Source of the DNA: Basidiobolus meristosporus CBS 931.73
Taxonomy: Eukaryota > Fungi > Basidiobolomycota
Length of the DNA stretch: 64,000 nucleotides
Direction of reading: 5' to 3'
NCBI GenBank assembly: GCA_002104905.1
Contig: MCFE01000168.1
Location: forward strand, 81,672 to 145,671
This document shows positions 1 through 11,800 of this stretch, one piece after another. The notes under the pieces are model-generated. The model searched no databases and was not told where the DNA came from. It saw only the letters and a program-made list of their open reading frames with translations. Every line of letters starts with the position of its first letter. The stretch's first letter is position 1. Position numbers and translations under genes: made by a program.

Positions 1-524
1 AATCGCCTCTGCAGTGGGATGGAAACTTTCAAAACTCATACCAAGGAGAAGGAAGTACACTCCTGAATGGTATACTCTCGCTGAGCTTTACTTTCTAATC
101 AATGAACAATAATTATCGAACTCATCTAATCTTAACTCAAATATACACATTATAATGGCAATTCTATTCATAGATTAATCAAAAGCTCGCCTTGAACACA
201 TACCTACATCTTTCTCCAATGGAGAGAAAAAAATTGACAGAAATTCGCGATCACGTGGAAGATCAAGGAAAAAAGGGTACTTGGATGCATGGACAGAGTA
301 ACGAATTCGATGGGATGGGGGACTCGGGGGTCTGCGATAAAACTAAGCGAGATGTGGAATTAGGCTTCCCCCTTTTCCGATAGTGGATTTTTTGCCCTGT
401 GTAAGATAAGCGTAAGTGATCGATTTCGTTAGCGTAGTTTATATTAGTTGGATGGATGGACATCATGAATGCATCCGATATATATGCTCTTCATTAACAG
501 ACCTCTTCTTTCAGTCACACAGTC

Positions 525-1178
525 ATGTCTGCCGCTAACAAGATCGTCAAGCCCGCCGGCGCTGCTCCTGCTGATGAGACCGAACTTTTGGTCGCCCAAG
601 CCATCTTCGACTTGGAAAACAACGTCCCTGAGTTGAAGAAGGACCTCCGTCCTCTCCAAATCTCCGCTGCCAAGGAGGTAACTGCTTCGTTTGAAATTCG
701 CTCAGTATAAAAGAGATCAGCAATTAACATGAGGTTTGAACACTAGATTGAAATTGGCGCTGGTAAGAAGGCCATCGTTGTCTTCGTCCCCGTTCCTTTG
801 TACAAGGCCTTGACCAAGGTTCAACAAAGACTTACCCGCGAATTGGAGAAGAAGTTCTCTGACCGTCACGTCTTGTTCCTTGCCCAACGTCGTATCATGC
901 GCAAGCCCACTCGCCGTTCCCGTGCCAAGCAAGCTCGTCCCAGATCTCGTACCTTGACTGCTGTCCACGAGAAGATTCTTGACGATGTCGTTTTCCCTAC
1001 CGAGATCATTGGCAAGCGTACCCGCGTTAAGGTTGATGGTAGCAAGGTCACCAAGGTTTTCCTCGACAACAAGGACTCCGGCTCCCTTGAGTACAAGCTT
1101 GATACTTTCTCTGCTGTTTACAAGAAGTTGACCGGTAAGGATGTCGTTTTCGAATTCCCTACCCAACAACTCGAATAA
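525..1178 (+). CDS. RPS7: 40S ribosomal protein S7 (eS7), 2 exons (525-677, 747-1178), about 194 aa
   Basis: MSAANKIVK...[16 protein letters not shown] joins [17 protein letters not shown]...[30 protein letters not shown]...[15 protein letters not shown] across a GT(678)-AG(746) intron; typical eS7 motifs. Confidence 0.98.
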
Positions 1179-1404
1179 ATTTTCCCGCCACACACTGGAA
1201 AGTTTCTCTTGTTAGAAAAGAATACTACCAAGTAGATTCTTTTTGTGATAGCTAATCTAAATAAACATTTAATCAACCAGAAGCTCGTGAATTGGAACTT
1301 GTTATTTTTGCAGACTGCGGGTCCGTTGCTCATTGCTTCATCTTTATTTTAGGGGGTATGGGAAAACTATCTGAGTATTTCAAGCAGAACTGGGTTGGAC
1401 AAAT

Positions 1405-1740
1405 TCATAGCTCGCCACCGTGAACATTTTGTATGTTATTGAATAGTTTGGCTTCTCTGACCTCACTGACCTCTGAGATATGTTCATCTTGTCTGAAATT
1501 CGCAGCCAAGATGCTCGGCATGTTGGCGCTGAAGCCTTTCAAAAGTGTATCGAATTTGGAGCGAATGCTTCCTCCATTTTCAAGAACCTTTTGCTCTAAG
1601 ACCTCCTGGTATCCTGCGGGGGCTGTTTCTTTCAGTTCGACGATAAACTTTCCAAGATTCGACATGACGGCCTGTTCGTACGCAAATGCAAAACTGTAGC
1701 AGAGTAGAGCAATAGGTGAGAAAAGAAATATCTTAAACAT
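1405..1740 (-). CDS. Small, predicted secreted peptidase inhibitor I9 (subtilisin propeptide-like) protein, 111 aa
   Basis: Hydrophobic N-terminus ending in AFA (signal-peptide-like), then FIVELKE...GGSIRSKFDTLLKGFSANMP...EHISEVSE, which matches the I9 pattern (YIV.LK...GG.I...Y...L.GFSA.L). Confidence 0.8.
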   Translation of the reverse strand: MFKIFLFSPIALLCYSFAFAYEQAVMSNLGKFIVELKETAPAGYQEVLEQKVLENGGSIRSKFDTLLKGFSANMPSILAANFRQDEHISEVSEVREAKLFNNIQNVHGGEL

Positions 1741-3846
1741 ACGTCTTGAATGACTCTTGGCATATGAACTGCCCGGCTTTTGAGGCTACGACCATACACT
1801 GTGAAACCAAATACATGCATGACGTGTGTTCGATTGGTAGGTGAACTGCAGTTATTCAGACCTCTATTCGAAAACCATATTCAGAATAGAAAGTAAGAAA
1901 TGCACCACAGTTCATCGTTGTGCAAGTGGTGTGATTAAACCGGTATTTCTGACTAACTTGAATTCTGAGAATCCTTTCAACCCGTAAATTGGCAGCTTTC
2001 ATAAAATTGATCGATTCGATTAATGGATTCATGACAGGTTTGAGTCGTATAGCAGGATGACCTGAATCGTCAATCAGGTGTTTTGTTACGGATGGGTTGG
2101 GCGGACTCGCTTAGTGCATTCTAATTTTCGGTTTCCGGGTAGAATCTGTTGTTATTGAAATGTACTTTAGCAATATATCCCTGAATGATCAGCCTAGTTA
2201 CAACTTATATAGGAACCATTTTAATCTTTCAGCCATCGTGTAACCATGGTGTTTTCTATGTAGCGCATGTTTTGGGCGGATATTTAGAGTCACAAACATG
2301 TAAAGAGCTTTGGGCGTCCTGTTATTGTGGTGTTGCAAGACCGCATCCCTGTGGAGCGCCTACACAGGCGCTATAGCCCTCTGTACTGCGCTGGTTTTCG
2401 AATGACAACCTCGGGTGTGGCGGTTCTTAAGATTTCTGGAGAATGGAAATTCCGCGCGGTTAATTACACATGGTTTAGAAAATTCACCATTCATTCTAGA
2501 AAGAGTGGTGCCATATTCTTCTATAGGTATGTATCCAGGAATTTAAAAACTCTTTTTAAACTTTATCAGTATCCAGACTGCAAGTGCAATCTGCCTGACC
2601 ACTTACCAGAAGAACCAAACCCCTTTGCACCATTATCCACTCGGGATACCATCGATATGCACACTTTGTTATCTATAATATCCAGTAAACGCCCCTTCAA
2701 ATTCTATCGAATGTAATGTTTCATCACCATGACGAGCTCACGGATATCCCAGCTAAGAAAGGTAAATCCACAGAATGGCTGGAATCCATAAACTTCAAAG
2801 TTTGGACTCTGAGTGAAAAGAGTGTCACAGTCTATTCAGCCATTGATTCCCCAAGTGACTGATTTTCGAGTGGCAAAATGCAGCCATTCCAGAGAAGGTG
2901 CGATTCACGACGGTCTAGTCAAATCATTAGTCGGGGTTGTAAGGTTGATGTGAGCTGAGCAGCGTTTATCCATTGTTATTACAGCCATGTGGGATCATGT
3001 TTACCAAGGCCAAGCCAATAAACAGGTGAATATGGGTTGATAAAATATTAATTTGGGTATTTCGTGCGGAATTGGCCGTTTATAACACACATGATCCGGA
3101 ATATAAATAAATAAGTTGATTCTAGAGCAATACGAAACGGTCGATCCCACAAAATATGAAACAAACGATCGTCGCAGGGAATTGATATCCTGTTGCTTGT
3201 CTCTGATCAATCAGGCCCATCAGGACACTCAAAACATGGCAGAAATATAGACAAAAGTGGCCAGAAATATGATCGGATTCCACTGATCAGCTCATAAACG
3301 CTTCCCCGCAACCTATTGGAAGCCATGATTGCATCAGGGCCAGATCTATATTTTGATATTGAAGTTAGGTATATCACCGATACTTTAGGTTTACAGGTGA
3401 CCTACCTCTGCGTTCTACACCTCAAGACTAGCAGGTGCTGTGCTGTACTTTAAATAAAGTTCAAGTGGTTTGTGCCGTTCTCACGCAAATAGTAGCTAAC
3501 GGCCGTAGAGTCTACTCATGTGCAACCTGATTCAATCATCCACCCCGGTTATGTTACTTGTGCGGGCAACAAATAACCGAGGTGGGATCAACGGAGCATG
3601 GAAACGCTGGAGCTTGATCCATTCCGATTCAGTTTATATAAACTGAGTCTTATTGAGTGGATCATGCTATGCCTCATCCCCAGTGACATGGGTCTGTTTT
3701 AAATCAGGGCCGCATTCCATAAAAAGATTTGTACCCCGAGGCTGAGTATAAAATAAATCCCACCGACTTGTCGTTCAATATTGCAGTAGACTATCTGTTC
3801 CTGCGCAATAGGTTCTTTTGTATCCATTCATTCCCGACCTCTCACA

Positions 3847-4773
3847 ATGTCTACTAAAGTTTGCCGATCCGCTGAAGTGTCAGATATGCCTTTGCCATCA
3901 CCTCCTCACAAACTTCGTAAGACTCAAAGTATGTGTCTTTCCCGGGAGGAGTTTCTCTTCAGTGACGTTTGCAAGCGTGCCACACTGGACGCTCATGGCC
4001 AGCAGCACTCCATTCCGTGCTTTGACAGCAAGGAGGACACTCTGAAGCGTATATGTCCTGAAACGTTGCAGCGTGTTCTTTCGGGGGAATTCGAACAAGC
4101 CTACGAACAGCTCGTTGTAGTCGATTGCCGTTTTCCCTATGAATATGCAGGAGGCCACATCAAGGGAGCCATCAATCTCAGCTCCAAGGACGAATTGGAA
4201 AAGCATTTTCTGAACAATTTTGAATTCAGTAAACGAACAGTGATAATCTTTCATTGTGAATATTCATCACAACGAGGCCCGAGAATGGCGCTTCATCTGC
4301 GAAGCCGGGACAGGGAACTGAATGCAACCGAGTACCCCAACCTGTTTTTTCCTGAACTGTATATACTTGACGGTGGATACCGCAACTTTTATTTCCAGGC
4401 CAAGCAACTCTGCATCCCTCAGAACTATGTTGAGATGAATGACGAGCAACATATGCTTGAGTGTAAATCTAGAATGATGCATTTCAAAGAAAGCTTCTCC
4501 TCCCGTCGTAGCAAGTCTAGATCTCCGAGCTGGTCTCAAAGCAAATCTAGCGAGTGCCATTCCTTGTTGGATAGGCAGCCAGTTCGTAGAGCTTCTCTCC
4601 TTACTCGTCTTCGACCATCACTCTCATCGTCTGGTCAACCATTGAATCTGGCGCCCATGATCCCGTTGATTCCCCGACGTCATCTCCCTAGAATGATGAC
4701 GAATGAACCAGAGAATGTTGTTGCCGCTCCTGTTCTGAGCCAGACACCCAACTCGATTTACATTTCCCCATAA
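3847..4773 (+). CDS. cdc25: Cdc25/Mih1-type M-phase inducer phosphatase (rhodanese fold), intronless, 308 aa
   Basis: VVDCRFPYEYAGGHIKGAIN, catalytic HCEYSSQRGPR (HCX5R) and YPNLFFPELYILDGGYRNFY. Confidence 0.95.
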   Translation: MSTKVCRSAEVSDMPLPSPPHKLRKTQSMCLSREEFLFSDVCKRATLDAHGQQHSIPCFDSKEDTLKRICPETLQRVLSGEFEQAYEQLVVVDCRFPYEYAGGHIKGAINLSSKDELEKHFLNNFEFSKRTVIIFHCEYSSQRGPRMALHLRSRDRELNATEYPNLFFPELYILDGGYRNFYFQAKQLCIPQNYVEMNDEQHMLECKSRMMHFKESFSSRRSKSRSPSWSQSKSSECHSLLDRQPVRRASLLTRLRPSLSSSGQPLNLAPMIPLIPRRHLPRMMTNEPENVVAAPVLSQTPNSIYISP

Positions 4774-5774
4774 GCCGCACACAAAGCCCTGAGTCACTGA
4801 AGCAGCCTGTACCATAGCATACCATGAATTGATCGCAGTATAACCGCAAAATCTTTTAAAAAACCTAGAATCAACCATACCGATGTATATAGAATCAAAA
4901 GAATAAATTTTGAGACTGTCATAGTAAACACTTTTTCGGATATCCTTCGAGAATATTTAGCCAGGGGAATGCTAGACCATCGTAGTATCAGCCTTGAAAT
5001 GACAATGAACGAATCAGGCTGTCATGGATATAGTCCCAGCTTTTACCTGGGCTGGCTCTTAGAGAGTACCAAGCCGGAGTTACACCAGCGATGTACTATC
5101 TGGTCAAACTTGAACTGTATTCAGATATCAGTACATGATCAACGTGTAACCTGAGCCCAGTATGACCAACTGAATACTACCGTAAGTTGAATTGTTTTGA
5201 TCCTAGCTACATATGGCTTTTCTGTGGTATTTTCCAGGGAACCCAGTCAAAATGTGTGGCGAAAAATGATAAGAATGAAGTAAGGCTGTTGTCAAGGTGA
5301 CGTCGGGGATATAAATGTAGGAAAATTCCATTAGCGTGCTGTTTTGAGCTGATTAATTTGTGGGATTGGCTCCACTCACATTCTGGAAACTCTTCGAGGA
5401 TTTTTATGAATCCATGTAGCCATCCAGCTTCTAGATTGTCTCCTCCACTTTTTGGATTATTTTGAGCCGGTGTTTTAAGCATTCAATTTCAGCAAATTTT
5501 CATCTCTGAGGTGACACAGCATTTTCAATACAATGACTGATTTTAACAAATAAAGTTTAAATAGATGCGAGTTAAGGCTGAAATGTATGGGTGCAGGGTT
5601 CAACCCGTTCCATACCCTACACAATATGAACATTTATCCCTGCTTATCAGATAGAGCGAGTGGGAAGATCTTCACCTACTAATATCGCTGTATTTGAATC
5701 ATCTATGGACTAATTGTTTGTGTTGAGCATGTGTCATTCTCTCCTGTGTTTGCAGACCACTTGGTGGTGGATCG

Positions 5775-8351
5775 GTGTTAGTTACTCTAACTTTTGTATT
5801 AAACGTATTTGATTTTTCAATTAATCACCAAGTCAATCAAACAATCAGTGACTATTTTTTGAAGAAATTTCATTCCTCAAGCAAAAACGGCATGTACTTC
5901 AATTGCGAAACAAATTTGTCAATTGGGAAATGGCCAAGCATGTCTCTGTTGAACCGTGCCCGCCTACTTCTAAATGGGCTAACCAGAGCTAATCTATCTC
6001 GGAATGCTTCCTATGGGCTACCAGCAAAGACTTCGAGTAGACGATATTTTTCTTTTTATCCTCCTGCATACATCATCAAAATATCGCCCATCGTGAAACC
6101 TAAGGCCAGGTCTGCGCTTTTGAGTTCCATTTCGCCCTTGCATAATTTTGAACAAGCTGTAAAAGCAAAGAATCCGGAAAACGCCTGGTCCTCTTTCACA
6201 AGAATCCTGATTACTCCCAACGAAAAGCTTATCAGCTCTACGCATATCTCCGGCCTTCTCGACATACTTCTAAGTAGTAAGAACAAGAAATTAACTCACG
6301 AAAGATGCGTCGCTTTGCTATCACACATGAAAAGGCTTCGTACCTCGTTTCAAACGGTTAGAGAGCATTTCCCACTCGTCAGATTCTATCTGTTTTTCGG
6401 CTACAAGGAGGAACTTGTAAATTTGATTCGGGTGTTGACAGAGAAATTTTCATTCTCCGAGAAAGAATGCAGCCAGTTGATATACCAGTTTGGAAGTGTA
6501 GATGTGAGGCAGGCTTGGACGTTTTATCAACACGTAAATCCAATTCTTATACTTGGTGAACAGCCATTGCTGGATCTGCTTTCTTTCGCTTTGAAAAATA
6601 ACGACGGCGTCATCATAGATGAGATAGGAGACTACGTATTCACGTCAGAAGCAGAGCCGAGTCGCCCGGTTTACCAAGCACTAGTACAAGCATACACTAA
6701 CTGCTGTACTCTGGATTCAGTGCTCAAATTATATCATAAGGCAGATAATAGCGACCTGTTGAACATCCGAGTTTTCAATATGTTCATCACCTTCTTCAGA
6801 AAGGCTATGCGATACGATCTATGTATCCATATGTATAACGAATTGACAAGAAGACACATCACACCAGACATCGTCACCTTGACATCTATGATGCAAGTCT
6901 ATGCTAGAAAACTGGACATCCAGAGCGCAGAGGCGATGCTGAAGAAGCTGTTCAAAGAGGGCCTCAGTCCTGACGTCATGACCTATACCACGCTTATCGG
7001 CATGTATGCAAAAGCATCTAAAATGGACAAGGCGTATGATCTAATTTCCGAAATGAAGAAGAATGGAGTGTCACCTACTCTACGTACATATACTGCTTTA
7101 CTTAATGGATGCTCAATATCGAATGATGTTGACGGTGCAATGAAAATATTCCGCCAGATGGAGGCCAGTGGGGTCCAACCTGATATCACAGCGTACAACA
7201 CACTTCTCCGGGCTTATTCAAAGCATCCTAATGATGACGAGATTCAGAAGATTCTGGCTGAAATGATCGAGCGAAAATGTAATCCTAACTCAGGAACGTA
7301 CAGCTTACTAGCACATTACTACTTGGAGCATGGCGACGAGGATAGAATAGATGAACTAGAAAGCAAGTTGCTGGATGGTGGCCATGTGGATGAATTGGCT
7401 TGTCATACTTTAGTCGATACTTACTTGGCCCTGTCGAATTGGAGCAGAGCCATCAAAGTGTACGAAATCATGAAATCGCGAAACCTCGGACCTCTTACCG
7501 ATATATACAACGCGATTTTAAAATCCCTGGCAAACGAATCGGAAGAAAGTCCGCTTTTGAAGTTCTTCCACGAAGGAGGCTCTACGCAGAACATCGTTTC
7601 GTTCAACATCATACTCAATTACTTCCGGTTACATGACAAAGTGAAGGAGCTCCAAGAGTCGTATGAGTCTATGGTTAGAAGTGGAGTGCGTGGTGATTTA
7701 ACGACATACAACATTCTGATCTCGGCCTATTGCAACGTTGGAGATCTCAACAAGGCTCTGAATGTGTTCGATAGCTTGGAATCCAAAGGAACCCAGCCAG
7801 ATCGGAGGATATTCAACACCTTACTTTCAGCATGCTTTAAGCACAACGAATCCAACCTTGCCTTTAGTATTTATCAGGCGATGTTGGATCAAAAACTTAC
7901 TCCCGACCAACACACACTGACGATTCTCATGGATCACTATAATCGTATTGGCGAGATGGAGAACGTTTTTCGAATCTGGGAGTTGCTGACTCGGGATTTC
8001 CCTAAAGAAACATTGAACACAAGCGTCTCGGTTCTGCTGGACTCTCTCGGCTTTAACGGAAATCTAGATACATTGAAGCATATGTGGGAGAAGCTGCGAG
8101 CAGACGGTTACATGCTAGATGAAAATAACTTCAGCTCATATATCGAGGCCCTTTGCCGATTTGGCGCGCATGATGACGCCATAAAGGTGTTGATGCACGA
8201 AATGGAGTCTATTCAGCCTAGTCGTAAGACATGCGAGCTTCTGCTGAAATCATTAGTCAGCTATCGACGTAAAGAGGACGTGGTTGAGGTTATGAACTTC
8301 CTCCGAACAAAGAGCCCAGAGATATACTCAGTGCTTGCCAAGATCTTATAG
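5775..8351 (+). CDS. Pentatricopeptide repeat (PPR) protein, probably mitochondrial; the true start may be the ATG at about 5892 or 5940
   Basis: Tandem 35-aa repeats such as PDIVTLTSMMQVYARK, PDVMTYTTLIGMYAKA, PTLRTYTALLNGCSIS, PDITAYNTLLRAYSKH and GDLTTYNILISAYCNVG; the Arg/Ser-rich N-terminus resembles a mitochondrial presequence. Confidence 0.93.
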   Translation: MLVTLTFVLNVFDFSINHQVNQTISDYFLKKFHSSSKNGMYFNCETNLSIGKWPSMSLLNRARLLLNGLTRANLSRNASYGLPAKTSSRRYFSFYPPAYIIKISPIVKPKARSALLSSISPLHNFEQAVKAKNPENAWSSFTRILITPNEKLISSTHISGLLDILLSSKNKKLTHERCVALLSHMKRLRTSFQTVREHFPLVRFYLFFGYKEELVNLIRVLTEKFSFSEKECSQLIYQFGSVDVRQAWTFYQHVNPILILGEQPLLDLLSFALKNNDGVIIDEIGDYVFTSEAEPSRPVYQALVQAYTNCCTLDSVLKLYHKADNSDLLNIRVFNMFITFFRKAMRYDLCIHMYNELTRRHITPDIVTLTSMMQVYARKLDIQSAEAMLKKLFKEGLSPDVMTYTTLIGMYAKASKMDKAYDLISEMKKNGVSPTLRTYTALLNGCSISNDVDGAMKIFRQMEASGVQPDITAYNTLLRAYSKHPNDDEIQKILAEMIERKCNPNSGTYSLLAHYYLEHGDEDRIDELESKLLDGGHVDELACHTLVDTYLALSNWSRAIKVYEIMKSRNLGPLTDIYNAILKSLANESEESPLLKFFHEGGSTQNIVSFNIILNYFRLHDKVKELQESYESMVRSGVRGDLTTYNILISAYCNVGDLNKALNVFDSLESKGTQPDRRIFNTLLSACFKHNESNLAFSIYQAMLDQKLTPDQHTLTILMDHYNRIGEMENVFRIWELLTRDFPKETLNTSVSVLLDSLGFNGNLDTLKHMWEKLRADGYMLDENNFSSYIEALCRFGAHDDAIKVLMHEMESIQPSRKTCELLLKSLVSYRRKEDVVEVMNFLRTKSPEIYSVLAKIL

Positions 8352-8879
8352 TTTGGATGGAAGTAATTGTACAGTGGACATGATTGCCAGATGCATAATA
8401 AATAAAATCACCGTTTGAACGTGGGTGGTGACTTTTGTTATTTATACCACCTACCGACTTTCAAGTGACTGCTTAATCCAAACTCTTTCATGCATCTCTT
8501 GATGTATTTATATGTCAGATCTATCGGTGCTGAGGATTGGTCATTGGCAGAGATTATCGAATCCAGCTTATTTAATGTATAATGTAACGAGTGGCTTGGT
8601 GCGAGTATACTTTTAGTGTATTTCCTGTTTCTCCACAACCTCCTACAGAGTGCATTAATCAATAAAACCGGAATTTTAATGACTTGCGCAGAAGTAATAC
8701 TCCATCATTCCGTTGGAAGTCCGCATTAAGTCCCTACTGGGATTTCTTTTATGAGATATATAAGCAAGTCTGAGAAGAGTTGAAATGTTTCCCTCTTCTT
8801 GTACTCTATAGTTGTCCTCATACCATATCATTGATGCCTTCATATTAACCCAATAAACCCAACTCCAACTTTAACAACC

Positions 8880-11800
8880 ATGGTAACGAGTATATGTCGT
8901 GTAGCGAGGCGCCAACTGTTGTTTATTCAATACTACGTTGCTTAGGGGTTTAACACGATACGTAATCTTGAAGTTATACTTCACCGTTGCTTTGACTCGA
9001 ATATTTCAGATTCGGAAAGAAAAGAAGCAGGTAACCAGGTAGAGCATGGCCTCAGTTGAGCATACACTATTTAACTTTCTGCCTACCTTCTCTTTAGAGA
9101 GCGCACTTTCCAAACACATACATAGCCCCGACAAGTTCCACGTTCAATGCACTTTTCTTCTACAACATGCTAGTTCAGATTTAACACGTATATTGACACT
9201 ATCCTTGTACGAGGTATTTGCTCAAGTTTCCTATAATGCGTAGAGTATCCACCAACTGTGTATATCACAGAATAGCGTCTTGGCGAAGTGGAATAATTTG
9301 AAGAACACGGTGAAGAAAGAAATAAGGGATTTTTTCTTTGAATTCCTTGCCTCACAGTACAAGAACCTTGTAGCCTATGTATCCGATAGAGTGATCAAGA
9401 CCATCACGAAAATAGCCCTTCTTGATTGGCCTCACAATTTCCCGGAGATGACCAGAAGGATCATCAAACTGATTACCGCTGCTACCACCAGAATTCCCGG
9501 GCTCAAATTGTTGGATAATATTACGAGTGAGTTTGCTTCAAAACGACCCAACACCACTGACAAACGGAAGCAAGAGATCCAAGAGACCTTTGGCCAGGAT
9601 ACCGGGAGCATAGTCAAAACCTTGGTGAATGTTCTTCGATCGAACTACAAGAAGGATTTCTCGTCCGCATCAATCCCTCGAAAACGGGCCAGGGAGATCT
9701 CCCCGATTGAAAACTCGTTTGTAGACGTGAATAACATGCGGTACTTACACATGACCAATATGTCGTCGAGATTCATGACCTTGCGCACTATGGTGAAGCA
9801 AAACAACCTCTTTGCCACCAATGTAACCAGCTCTCCAGCGTTAGATAATCATCTATCCGAGTCATTGAAGGTTAATAACCTGATCGATCCAGATAGCGAG
9901 AAGGTGTGCAAGTTCTCGTTAAAAGTTCTGACTCAGCTGGTACCTTGGCTCAACAACAAGGACGGAACCTTGGAGGCAGTAATGCATATAGTGCTCAAGT
10001 ACACTGGACTTAGCCAGAAGAAGAATCTTCGCTTGGCTATTTTGGCGATGGAATGCCTAAACAAGATCATGGAGAGCGGGTTCATTCCTGAAAACCCAAG
10101 ACCAATGATCGGGGCGATGATCAAATACATCGGTAAGATCGTGGAGCAACTAGGAACTTGGAGTCTTGATATGATGGAGAAGAACTTCGTGGTGTTATAC
10201 GAGATGTAAAGGTTTGTGTGAGGATCCCATCTGGCATAATGCTAATGGCCCTGTTGTTCTGTAGATATCGGGCGAAGTTTGTGGATTTTGTCAAAGCCTT
10301 CCTTGAGAACTATATGGCCAAGATGGATAATTTTTCGTGGCTTGGCTTTCAGAACGTTATTGACCAACTCGTCAAACATACATTAACCCAGGTAGAGTGC
10401 TACACGAATTCTTTTCGATTCCCTGGCTAAATTACCCTTGGTCCTGATTTCAGCTAAGGCTAGCTGACATGAGCAGCTTCCTGGACATCTGGAGCAAGCT
10501 ACTAGATGGCCTAGCCACTAAGCCCGACAAGGGGGTTACTTTTCCTGTAGAAGAGCAGAGTCCGATCAGAAGGTCCAGTCGTGTGTTTATTTTTTATATT
10601 GAGCAATTGTAATAATGCGCGTAATCAGCAAGTGCATGGAGCTACTAGCTGGTCTGCTAGAGAAGGTCAAAGAACAAGTATCCATACAGGATATCTTGGA
10701 TTTTAATTTGGAGAAATCTACGGTAGGAGCCGAGGCCAAAGAATCATCCCCACACCCCTAATAATCCCTGTCTTTAGGTGATAACAAAGTGTTATGATGT
10801 AATAGCAAAAGTATCCTCAGTATTCTCCGTTGGGCTCTTGGAGGAATGGGTACACACTCTCAAGCATATTATCGATGATAATGAATAACCGATTTGCCAT
10901 GCCCATCAAGTATTCATCGTTTACACAACAATTGGACCATTTGGAGCGGTTTCATTCGAAAGATCAACAGCCAGGTTGGTTTGCTCACATAGCCAGCCTT
11001 GCTTTAATGGAGAGAATAACCGTTCCATATTCGCAGGAGAAATCAACAAACTTTCCATCGACGTAAGTGAGGCTTCAGTTTCTGTCCGCGAAGGAGATAT
11101 GACTGACTTATTTGTTACTGACAGATTTGCGTGACGCTGAAAATATTCGAAAGGATTTCGGACACCTTGGTGAAGAACAGCTACGCATTGCCGTTTGTAG
11201 AAAAAGTGGTTTCTGTGATGAACCAACTTTCTGCTGAGCATCTGTACGAGATGCTGCCTCAACTGACTACCATGTTAGGCTGATAAATTGCTTACTCCCT
11301 GGATCAAGAAACTAATGAACATTTGTGTAGAATGACATCTATGTGTGCTTCACTAAAGCGTTTTTCAGAGTGGATGCGCGAGTACCAACTAATTAGCTTC
11401 GAGGATGGTACCTTGGTTGACCATTTCAGGCACCTCTACTCAGAGTTGACCAAAGTTGCCATCGATCTGATCAACTCTAACGTAAGTACACTTCGCACAA
11501 TGATTTAGCTTCTGATTAACTAAAAAGGTGAGAAAGGTCCTGAGAAACTCCGATTAGAGGCTTCAACTTTACTCTTATGGATCACCACGACCCTCCGCTC
11601 GGAAGAATTCTTCTCGCTCCCTATCGTCAAGAGTTTTTTGGACTCACTTACCGTGATGTCTACAAATTGGTCTATAAACGTGAAGGAGATTGTATACAAA
11701 GCCATCTCCAATAGTTTACTCTTGCCTGACCCGAATGTACCAGAAGGAGAGCAGGTCTACTTTTAGTGAAATGTGGTCAAGAAATGCAAGTGTCCAACAT

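Noticed and set aside
717-1193. 158-aa minus-strand ORF and similar antisense ORFs over Cdc25, the PPR gene, BIO3-BIO1, KDM5-like and pol
   Set aside because: They are shadow ORFs opposite well-supported genes and have no recognisable motifs.
1405-1425. C-terminal HGGEL of the I9 protein as an ER-retention signal
   Set aside because: It does not match HDEL/KDEL at the -4 and -3 positions.
2327-2716. 129-aa plus-strand ORF, and the short ORFs at 5207-5482 and 25776-26296
   Set aside because: No motifs and no convincing splice context; treated as intergenic.
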